A stretch of 47,437 nucleotides of DNA from a virus (lineage: Duplodnaviria; Caudoviricetes). The stretch's first letter is position 1. The number at the start of each line of letters is the position of its first letter. The DNA lies in IMG/VR virus record IMGVR_UViG_3300009095_000023, positions 1 to 47,437 of that record; one strand, 5' to 3'. The translations under genes were made by a program, and so were the position numbers. The notes beneath the pieces were generated by a model. It ran no database searches. It saw only the letters and a list, made by a program, of their open reading frames with translations, and was not told the DNA's origin. Below are positions 18,328 to 25,814 of the stretch, piece by piece.

Positions 18328-18777
18328 ATGTACCGCCAGCAACTCCAGAACGCAATCCGAGACGGTAAGGCGGTCTCCGATCTGGCAATCCAGCACGGCG
18401 TGAGCCCATCGGCAATTTACCTCGCCCTGCGTCGGGCTGGGACGCCAGTATCCTCGCTACGTCCCCACAGTCGCACGCACGACTGGCGCAATATTCCCGG
18501 GCTGCCGGGATACCGCGTGACGTCAGCGGGCGTGGTGCAATCGTGCGTCAGCCCGCGCACAGGCGCACTGACTGACTACTGGCGAGATCTGCACGCGCAA
18601 GTGGACAAACGAGGTCACGTTTACGTCCAGATCGGCGCCAGCGGTGGAAATCGCCGCCGCCTGAGTATACGACGACTGATCCTTGCTGCGTGGGGTGAGG
18701 ATCTCGGACAGCCGATCGTTACGCGCGTGCTGCGTCGCCTGTTGCCCACTCACCAACAGGGCAGCGACGGACACTGA
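18328..18777 (+). CDS. HTH + NUMOD4-like DNA-binding protein (no intact HNH)
   Basis: N-terminal 'VSDLAIQHGVSPSAIY' HTH; 'WRNIPGLPGYRVTSAG.V.S' NUMOD4-like motif. Confidence 0.55.
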   Translation: MYRQQLQNAIRDGKAVSDLAIQHGVSPSAIYLALRRAGTPVSSLRPHSRTHDWRNIPGLPGYRVTSAGVVQSCVSPRTGALTDYWRDLHAQVDKRGHVYVQIGASGGNRRRLSIRRLILAAWGEDLGQPIVTRVLRRLLPTHQQGSDGH

Positions 18778-18896
18778 CTTTTTGCCAAAACTTTGACTGG
18801 ACGTCTAGTGCACTAGCCGGTCCTGTTGGCGCAATAGGGCCGTGCTGAGAACAACAGGCACCCCCAACAGCCCCACGGGGCACAGAAAGAGAACAA

Positions 18897-20618
18897 ATGA
18901 AACGCAAGAAGAGCCAGGACGAGTCCATCAACTGGAAGTACGGCTGCAAGTCTCCACGCGGTGAAGGTGCTGAAATTCTCCGCCAGCAGATGCGGGAGGC
19001 GCACAATTACCGAAACAAGCTCGTGGAGCTGGAACTGTTGAAGCGTCAGGAGTTCTACGACTTGGAGCGGGAGTTGTTTCCTGAGTACGCCGACCTCCAG
19101 GAGCAGGAGAAGCAGCAGGCCGACAAGGTTGAGGACCTGCGGAAGCAGTGGAAGAAAGCGAACGCCCGGGCTCGTACCAGGACCGAGCAACATCTTCTCA
19201 AAGCTCAGATTGCCGAGGAGAAGCAGACGCTCAAAGACCTGAGAGCACGCATGAAGGAGATGAAAGAGCAGGTCCGCAACAGCGAGGAGCTGAAGGAGCG
19301 GTCTAAGCAGATCAAGAAGAGGCACTATCAGCGATTGAAGGACCTGCGGGCTGAGACTCCGGCGTTCTGGGGCAACGTGGGGTTTGTCGATCAGGCGGCT
19401 CAGTCGATGGCTTCCGGGTCTCCTCCTAAGTATTACAGGTGGGAGGGTGAAGGGTTCATCGGAGTCAGCTTTCGCACGCCGATCACTCCGGAAGTACTCA
19501 TGTCTGGGAGGAACACACGGGCATGGCTGGAGCCGTGCAAGACTGCCAACAACAAGGCGGGTCGGGTTAAGAAGACGACCCTGCACATCGCCGTTGAGAG
19601 TGAAAACCGCAAGCTCAAGATGGCGTCATTGCCGATCTATTTCCATCGGGATTTCCCGGACGGCTGCGAGATCACATCAGTTCGAGTATTCTGCAAGAAA
19701 GTCGGACAGCGGGAGGAGTGGTCAGCCGTGTTTCAACTGCGTTCTGCGAGCTTCGCAAAGCCCGATGCCGCTGCTGATGGAATGGCGGCGATTCACTTCG
19801 GATGGCGGCGGGTTGATGACGGTCTGCGAGTCGCCAGCGTTGTCGATGAGGACGGGACCGAGGAAGTGCTGATTCTCCCGGAGTCAATCATCGATTCGTA
19901 TGCTTACGTGAAAGACATACAGGCGATTCGCGACTACTTGTGGAATGAGACGATCGCAATTCTCTCCGCATTCTTGAAGCAGCATAGCGACAGTCTTCCG
20001 GAACCGGTCAAGGAAGCGTCTCAGAACATGCACCTGTGGAAGGGGCGCGGTCGATTGGTCCACTTAATCAATGTCTGGAGTGATCATCGATTCCCCGGAG
20101 ATGAGGAGATGTTCTTGAAATTGACCCGTAAGGGAACGCCCGCGAATGAGTACCACGATTCCGGTTGGCTTCATCGAGACAAGCACCTGTGGGACATCGA
20201 GGCGAACGTGAGGGACAATGCCGCACTCCGCCGAAAGGCACTCTACCGGGAGTTTGCCGCCAAGATGAGACGAAAGTATCGGCACCTCATCACTGCCAAA
20301 CTGGACTTGAAGAAGATCGTCTCGGTGAAGAACCCGGAAGAAGAGGACGACGCAGCGATGAAGCATCACTCCCGCGTTGCCGCAATCCATAGTTTACAGG
20401 CCGCATTGTCTGACTCGATGCGTGACGGGTGGATCGTTGTTCCAGCGGCGAAGCAGGCATCGACGTGCCATGAGTGCGGGGCCAAATTCCAAGACGATTC
20501 CGGAGACGCCTATATTTCGTGTGAAAACTGCGGATCAACATTTGATCGGGAGTTTAATGCGTGCAAAAATTTGCTGTTCGGCCCGAAGCAGGTTAATGCA
20601 GCTCCTGCACTTGTGTAG
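18897..20618 (+). CDS. cas12m: Type V CRISPR effector, Cas12m-like (V-M/V-U1), RuvC degenerate
   Basis: 573 aa. N-terminal 'WKYG..P...LRQQM..AH.YRN.LVE'; long coiled coil; 'HR.FP'; RuvC-I 'AIHFGWR' (H300); RuvC-II 'LITAKL'; zinc finger C524/C527/C542/C545; RuvC-III 'DRE.NA..NL' (D550). Abuts a CRISPR array. Confidence 0.85.
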   Translation: MKRKKSQDESINWKYGCKSPRGEGAEILRQQMREAHNYRNKLVELELLKRQEFYDLERELFPEYADLQEQEKQQADKVEDLRKQWKKANARARTRTEQHLLKAQIAEEKQTLKDLRARMKEMKEQVRNSEELKERSKQIKKRHYQRLKDLRAETPAFWGNVGFVDQAAQSMASGSPPKYYRWEGEGFIGVSFRTPITPEVLMSGRNTRAWLEPCKTANNKAGRVKKTTLHIAVESENRKLKMASLPIYFHRDFPDGCEITSVRVFCKKVGQREEWSAVFQLRSASFAKPDAAADGMAAIHFGWRRVDDGLRVASVVDEDGTEEVLILPESIIDSYAYVKDIQAIRDYLWNETIAILSAFLKQHSDSLPEPVKEASQNMHLWKGRGRLVHLINVWSDHRFPGDEEMFLKLTRKGTPANEYHDSGWLHRDKHLWDIEANVRDNAALRRKALYREFAAKMRRKYRHLITAKLDLKKIVSVKNPEEEDDAAMKHHSRVAAIHSLQAALSDSMRDGWIVVPAAKQASTCHECGAKFQDDSGDAYISCENCGSTFDREFNACKNLLFGPKQVNAAPALV

Positions 20619-20623
20619 AATGT

Positions 20624-21055
20624 GCTGCAAAGGACGTGGCGTTCCTTGAACACGCCAACACGATGATTCGTGAATTCAAACGAGAGCAAGCTGCAAAGGA
20701 CGTGGCGTTCCTTGAACACGCCAACTGGACTCAAGAGGGGCGCATACCCTGCGTTGCTGCAAAGGACGTGGCGTTCCTTGAACACGCCAACCTTTGAAGA
20801 GATTTTGAAGCAAGAGTCTTGGCCGCAAAGGACGTGGCGTTCCTTGTACACGCCAACCAGTTTGCCAGCCCCAGACTTCAGACTTTGGCTGCAAAGGACG
20901 TGGCGTTCCTTGTACACGCCAACAAGACGCAGTCGATCTCCGCGATTGCGCGTGCTGTAAAGGCCGTGGCGTGCCTTGAACACGCCAACTGATGGCATCG
21001 TCTTCGCGACGAACAGAAAGCTGTAAAGGACGTGGCGTTCCTTGCATCGCCTGAT
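20624..21055 (+). CRISPR. CRISPR mini-array: 7 repeats (last one degenerate), 6 spacers of 30 nt
   Basis: 36-nt repeat GCTGCAAAGGACGTGGCGTTCCTTGAACACGCCAAC starting at 20624, 20690, 20756, 20822, 20888, 20954 and 21020 (66-bp period); spacers unique; divergence increases towards the 3' end. Confidence 0.97.
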
Positions 21056-21114
21056 AAGAATTTCAAGGGCAGGTGTTAATTAATAACATAGAAGATATAG
21101 GAATAATCATCAAA

Positions 21115-21321
21115 ATGAAAAAGCCGAAAACCGTCCGAATTAACATTACTCAGGCAGCCGACCTCATCGACTCCGTCGATGCAGACGCCGCTAAACGCGG
21201 CATGAACCGCTCTCAGTGGTTCGACGCAGCGGCTCGGAATTTCCTGCCAGGCCGCGTCGCGAAACAGATTCCGAAGAAAGCACAGCCCGGAAGGCCGAAA
21301 AAAGACGAATCAACGTCGTGA
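21115..21321 (+). CDS. Ribbon-helix-helix (CopG-like) protein with GRP tail
   Basis: 'VRINIT....LIDSVDA.A...GMNRSQW' RHH pattern; C-terminal PGRPKK. Confidence 0.65.
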   Translation: MKKPKTVRINITQAADLIDSVDADAAKRGMNRSQWFDAAARNFLPGRVAKQIPKKAQPGRPKKDESTS

Positions 21322-21495
21322 TTTTTCGTTGACCTTCTGCTTCCACGACCTGAGCCTGTGCATTTCGCTCCCCTGTTCCGGCCTGCCGAGCACGTCGAGG
21401 AACGCTTGCTTCTCCGCGATGTAGCGATGCAGGCCTGCGTCGAATTCGATGATTGCGGCGCGTTCCGCGATCAGTGACATTTCTGCGTCAGTCAT
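21310..21495 (-). CDS. Small hypothetical protein
   Basis: ATGA overlap; 'ERAAI.E.DAGL' motif seen in small phage proteins. Confidence 0.5.
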   Translation of the reverse strand: MTDAEMSLIAERAAIIEFDAGLHRYIAEKQAFLDVLGRPEQGSEMHRLRSWKQKVNEKSRR

Positions 21496-22232
21496 TTGGC
21501 GGACCTGTAGGATTCCCAGTTGCAGAACAACGCAAGTGCACCGTGAGCCAGTCTGTCAACGAGTGCAGCACCCATGCGTTCTTCTGCCTCTTTTCGACTC
21601 GCGACGTTCATGGTGACCACAGTGGGCTTCATGTCTCGGTAACGCCGGTCGATCACACGCCAGAGTTGCGATGACTGGTGCTGAGTCAACTCGCCTGTGA
21701 GCGGCAACGGGTCGCTCAAGACCAGCAGTGACGGGCGGGCGAGCCTGTTGATCAGGCTGGATTCACGTGCGTCTCGCTCCATTCCATCCCGCAAGTCCCC
21801 GAACCAATCGAGACCGTTCGACCAATGTGCGGTGAACCCTCGCAACAGAGTCGCCTTCGCAACGGCAACAGCGAGGTGGTCTTTCCCCGTGCCCTTTGGC
21901 CCGAAGAACAGAATTCCCTGCCCTGACTCGATTCGATCGTTGACCCGCTCAACGTACTCCCGGACCGCGTCCAGCACAGCCTTCTGACGTCCTGTCTCGG
22001 CCTCGAAGGTTTCAAGCGACGCCGATTCGTACCGCCTGCCGACGCGCGAAACGAACTCCCGGTACCTGATGGATCGACGGGATTTTTCAATGTCCGAGCA
22101 GGCTGAGAACGGCGATCCTGGACTGTCGTCAAAATCCTCCGACTGTCGGGACTTCCGCAGTCGCTGCGGGATCGAAATTTTGCCCAGCACCCGCTGCATG
22201 CTTTCTGGTTCTGTCTCGTGTACTGAAGTCAT
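21492..22232 (-). CDS. DnaC/IstB-like helicase-loader ATPase
   Basis: Walker A GPKGTGKD; 'IDRRY...PT..T.N'; 'DRL'; follows the replication initiator. Confidence 0.85.
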   Translation of the reverse strand: MTSVHETEPESMQRVLGKISIPQRLRKSRQSEDFDDSPGSPFSACSDIEKSRRSIRYREFVSRVGRRYESASLETFEAETGRQKAVLDAVREYVERVNDRIESGQGILFFGPKGTGKDHLAVAVAKATLLRGFTAHWSNGLDWFGDLRDGMERDARESSLINRLARPSLLVLSDPLPLTGELTQHQSSQLWRVIDRRYRDMKPTVVTMNVASRKEAEERMGAALVDRLAHGALALFCNWESYRSAK

Positions 22233-23064
22233 ACTTTCCTCCGATGATGTCTTCGACGGTCGATTCCTGAACGAATTTCCCCAGCGTGATTTTCACGCCG
22301 CACTGAAGCGGGAACTTTCCGAGCGCCTTCGCGTACAGGCCGCGCCAGTGCGGGTCGCGCCAGCGCTCCCGGAACTCCAAGAGCAAGTCTCGAGGGATCA
22401 CGTTTCGCTGGCGACGCACTACGCCCTCGGTGGAATTCCACATGCTCATGAATTCTTGTTCTGCTTGGAGCCAGTCGATGTCGTCGGTTTGCTCATCAGA
22501 AAAGTCCTCCAGCGCAACTTCCCCCCGTGAGGGGGTAGGGGGAGTATTATTGGTTTGGTTAGGTTGGGTTAGGTTTGGTTTGGTTTGGTTAGGTACCGCG
22601 CGCCCGCGAGGACGCTCCTTAGGAGGCTCCTTAGCAAACTCCTTAGGATCTTCCTTAGCACCTTCCTTAGCAATCTCCTTAGCATTCTGGCAATTTTGCT
22701 CGCTCGCGAACGCCTTTCCCCACCTCTTGGCGTTGTTTTTTATATGATTTGGCGCGTGCTCGTGCCAGTCATGCACGACGAGTCGATGCTCTTCTGAGCG
22801 GTCCAGCCAGCCTGTTGACGTGAGGATTTCGATCAGTTCGTCATCGTCTGAGTTCCACCCGATCAGCTCTGCGATTTCGTCGTTGTCGAGCTTGCCGATG
22901 TCTCCCATCGGCGTTGATGTCATCGTGACGTGCCAGAGACGTTCGAGAAGTCCCACGGCAATCGTTTCGACCGATACGCAGCCCGTGTTTCCGAGCGCCT
23001 TCCGAAGCCGCCTGACGAGCTTGAGGAACTTCCCTGTTGACGGCGTGTTGTGCTTCATCGACAC
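22129..23064 (-). CDS. Phage replication initiator (replisome organizer)
   Basis: N-terminal wHTH-like region ('HDW.EH'), low-complexity linker with DNA repeats, adjacent to the DnaC-like gene. Confidence 0.7.
   Translation of the reverse strand: MSMKHNTPSTGKFLKLVRRLRKALGNTGCVSVETIAVGLLERLWHVTMTSTPMGDIGKLDNDEIAELIGWNSDDDELIEILTSTGWLDRSEEHRLVVHDWHEHAPNHIKNNAKRWGKAFASEQNCQNAKEIAKEGAKEDPKEFAKEPPKERPRGRAVPNQTKPNLTQPNQTNNTPPTPSRGEVALEDFSDEQTDDIDWLQAEQEFMSMWNSTEGVVRRQRNVIPRDLLLEFRERWRDPHWRGLYAKALGKFPLQCGVKITLGKFVQESTVEDIIGGKYDFSTRDRTRKHAAGAGQNFDPAATAEVPTVGGF
22551..22684. repeat. Iteron-like repeats (putative origin) inside the initiator gene
   Basis: 5-bp (T/A)GGTT run followed by six TCCTTAG units at roughly 12-bp spacing. 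Confidence 0.6.
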
Positions 23065-23227
23065 TCACCTTCCTTTTCTCGGCAGTCCTTTGCGAGTCGC
23101 TTTCGGATGGCGACGTCCGCCCACCACTTCGCGACCTTGACTCTTGGCCCGCTCTCTGACGTATGCATCCAATGGAGCAGGCGCCCGATTGTGTCTCGAC
23201 TCGTTGTGATCACCGGTAAGCTTTTCA

Positions 23228-23899
23228 TCACAGCTCCTCCAGAATCTCCCTGAGCACGCGCACGGCTTCACCTCGCAGCGATTCCGGCCAGCACTGAATC
23301 GTCGCGATCACAGTTTCCCGAAGCCGCTTTGCCGCGGTCTCTGAATCGAACGACTGGTCCCGCCGTTCCCGCCGTTCGTCTGCTGTTTCTGGATCGTCCT
23401 GTCTCTGAGTCGCAGGCTTCACCGGTGAATCGGCAGCAGGTTCCTGTCGAGTCTTCGGTGCGGTCTCTCGCACAATCTGAATCGGCTCGGTTTCCGGTTC
23501 CTCGTCAGCCGGCTCCGTCAGGTCTTCACCGCGGATCGACCTGCGATAAGCTTTCATCTCTGCGACGCTGGCACCCATTTCATCGGCCCACTGCAACAGT
23601 TCGGGCGCGTCATCCCAGTTCATTGCGACATAAAAATGCGACCATGACAGTTCCGGATACATATCCGAAACGTCTCCCATCCGCTCCCACACGTTTCTAC
23701 GCTGCCGTACCTGGTCACCTGAGAGACCGACCAGCCGCCCGAAGTCGTCATCAGTGCGACCGTCTGCGTAACGAACGCACCACTTTGATGCACACTCACC
23801 GACAACCCAGTTACATGACGACAACGCGGCCTGTGCCCGTTCGATGAGCTGGGTTTCGGTTTCTTCCGCCTGTTCGACGATTGCTGCCACTGCCTTCAT
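23228..23899 (-). CDS. Hypothetical DNA-binding protein
   Basis: 223 aa; 'W.VGE' and 'LSWSH' motifs; ATGA overlap. Confidence 0.55.
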   Translation of the reverse strand: MKAVAAIVEQAEETETQLIERAQAALSSCNWVVGECASKWCVRYADGRTDDDFGRLVGLSGDQVRQRRNVWERMGDVSDMYPELSWSHFYVAMNWDDAPELLQWADEMGASVAEMKAYRRSIRGEDLTEPADEEPETEPIQIVRETAPKTRQEPAADSPVKPATQRQDDPETADERRERRDQSFDSETAAKRLRETVIATIQCWPESLRGEAVRVLREILEEL

Positions 23900-24096
23900 T
23901 GATCACCCTCCTTTGGTCCGCAGTTATCGAACTGAACTGGCGTGAGATTCTTCGTCTTTAGCCAGCCGATTTCTGTCCCACTGATTCGATGAACCTTGGC
24001 ATGTTCGCCGTCAACTTCCGAGACGTAGCACGCGGTTCCCTTGCGAACGAGGCGACCGCGTATGTCGGTTTCATCCCATGCGAGTTTGTAGATCAC
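23896..24096 (-). CDS. Small hypothetical protein
   Basis: Overlapping start/stop in the operon. Confidence 0.45.
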   Translation of the reverse strand: MIYKLAWDETDIRGRLVRKGTACYVSEVDGEHAKVHRISGTEIGWLKTKNLTPVQFDNCGPKEGDQ

Positions 24097-24281
24097 TCCA
24101 CTACCTCCAGGTCTTCGGGGTCCACGCTGCCCATGACAAAGCAGCCGGTTTCGTCAACCAGCTCGACTCGCCTTTGCCGCCCTCCATTGACGGTGTATTC
24201 GCGATGGACTCGCAGAACGGCACCGGCTTTAACAACCGTTCCCTGAACGCTAAACAGGTCTGTTTTGACGCGAACTTTCAT
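24093..24281 (-). CDS. Small hypothetical protein
   Basis: Overlapping start/stop in the operon. Confidence 0.45.
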   Translation of the reverse strand: MKVRVKTDLFSVQGTVVKAGAVLRVHREYTVNGGRQRRVELVDETGCFVMGSVDPEDLEVVE

Positions 24282-25108
24282 TTAACAATCTCCGGCTCGT
24301 AGTTCATCCAGACGCATTCCGTTTTTACGTCCTTGACCCGTTTTCCGCTGGCCTTGTTGTCGATCTGGAAATCAACTCGATGCCAACCGCACCGTTGAGA
24401 AAAGGTGTCGTACAGGTCCGATCGGTACCCACTCAGCAGAAACCGCCCTTCAATGTCTGCCAATGTTTCCAGCAACCGCACGTGATCACGTTCCGTCATC
24501 TCATGCCGATACTCACCGCCACCTGTTGATCTGGTTTCGTGCAGGTATGGTGGATCGCAGTAGAAGACCGCGGCCGGATCGTCGTACTTGCGGATAAATT
24601 CGCATGCATCCATGTTGCGAATTTCGATGCGTTTCAGCCGCTCGTGGACTTCCGGCAAGCCTTCCACGGCAGACAGCCAAGCGGAAACGTTTTCGTTCAT
24701 TCCCCGACGCAGGCGACGGGTTGGAGTTGCGAAGTCTCGCATTAGACCTTGGCGGGACTGGCGGCAACGAACAAAGAAAGACGTAGCTCTTTGCACTGCA
24801 TCTGGGTGATTCGCGAAGTTTTGCGCGTCCTGAAACATTTTCTCGGATAGTGGAGTTCCCCAGAGCGCATGTAACATTCGATCGGGAGTTGACTGCAACA
24901 CTCTCCAGAAGTTGATCAGTTCACCGTGAACATCATTCACGGCCTCACTCAAGCCATCGGGGTCAATCGCAAGCGTCACCGCACCGCCCCCAAAGAATGG
25001 CTCCCGCCACAGGTACCAGGGACGCTCACCATCTCGCTGCGGAAGCAGGTCGACAATCTTCTTGGCGAGGTAACTTTTCCCGCCGTGCCATTTGATTGGG
25101 CTTTTCAT
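24278..25108 (-). CDS. DNA adenine methyltransferase (Dam/D12 class)
   Basis: 'W.GGK', 'EPFFGGG', 'ND', 'YCDPPY'. Confidence 0.9.
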   Translation of the reverse strand: MKSPIKWHGGKSYLAKKIVDLLPQRDGERPWYLWREPFFGGGAVTLAIDPDGLSEAVNDVHGELINFWRVLQSTPDRMLHALWGTPLSEKMFQDAQNFANHPDAVQRATSFFVRCRQSRQGLMRDFATPTRRLRRGMNENVSAWLSAVEGLPEVHERLKRIEIRNMDACEFIRKYDDPAAVFYCDPPYLHETRSTGGGEYRHEMTERDHVRLLETLADIEGRFLLSGYRSDLYDTFSQRCGWHRVDFQIDNKASGKRVKDVKTECVWMNYEPEIVK

Positions 25109-25491
25109 GCGTCCCTCTCCAGCGTCAATTCCACTCTCGGGTCTTTCTTGTCTGTCAATCGCTCTGGCGGGTAAGTAGTCAGCTGGTCATCGTCAACCAG
25201 CAGTCCGGCATCGACGAGGCCATCAATACTTGCCTTGAGGCTGGCGGTGATATTATCCCGGTCTCTGTGGCGAGTAGTCGGGTGATACCACTTGATTCGC
25301 AGCCGAGCCGACCGCCACGGGAAGCCCCACGACTTAATATCCTCGATGGGATGACAAGCAATCATCACGCATGTTGCCGCATCCTCTCGGGCCGTTGCTT
25401 TGGCCTTCGCTTTGGCGTGGTAATGCCCACGTGCATTTGGGCTGCACAGTGCAGGCGGAATCGGAATTGTGATGGTGATCGACTTACTCAC
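25105..25491 (-). CDS. RusA-like Holliday junction resolvase
   Basis: 'RDRDN...SLK..IDGL..AG...DDD' and C-terminal 'PRVEL'. Confidence 0.8.
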   Translation of the reverse strand: MSKSITITIPIPPALCSPNARGHYHAKAKAKATAREDAATCVMIACHPIEDIKSWGFPWRSARLRIKWYHPTTRHRDRDNITASLKASIDGLVDAGLLVDDDQLTTYPPERLTDKKDPRVELTLERDA

Positions 25492-25584
25492 TTCTCCCCT
25501 CCTTTCTCGCACCAGCAATCACGCAGCACAGCGGGATAAACCCGATGCCAAACGCTAATCCAAACAAGATCACTGCTGTTGCCA

Positions 25585-25812
25585 TTACTGCTCCAATCCC
25601 AATCGTTGACGGTTTCGTTTTGCGGTGCTGCTCACGTTCGGCTGCTCATCAGCCTTTCCGACCACCCGTTCGATCTGCTCGCGGTCGCAGTCCAGACGAT
25701 ACGCAATCGTGCTTACCGCAACACCGCTTCGGTGCAGCTTTCGGATGTATCGCTTAACTCCTCGTGGGAACTCGCGTTTACGGATATTTGTCGTTTCATC
25801 GACGTACTGCAT
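25585..25812 (-). CDS. Small HTH protein
   Basis: 'G.AVSTIAYRLDCDREQIERV' HTH. Confidence 0.5.
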   Translation of the reverse strand: MQYVDETTNIRKREFPRGVKRYIRKLHRSGVAVSTIAYRLDCDREQIERVVGKADEQPNVSSTAKRNRQRLGLEQ

Positions 25813-25814
25813 GC

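Noticed and set aside
18897-20618. IS200/IS605 TnpB transposon interpretation
   Set aside because: No tnpA or transposon ends; the protein is larger than TnpB, has Cas12m-type motifs and abuts a true repeat-spacer array.
20660-21019. Self-targeting spacers
   Set aside because: Only about 11-nt matches were seen by eye (for example near 5325 and 13395), consistent with chance; a computational search is still needed.
20510-21066. ORFs with repeating peptides (VGVFKERHVLC, LQRTWRSL, WRVQGTPRPL)
   Set aside because: Artefacts of translating the 66-bp periodic CRISPR array.
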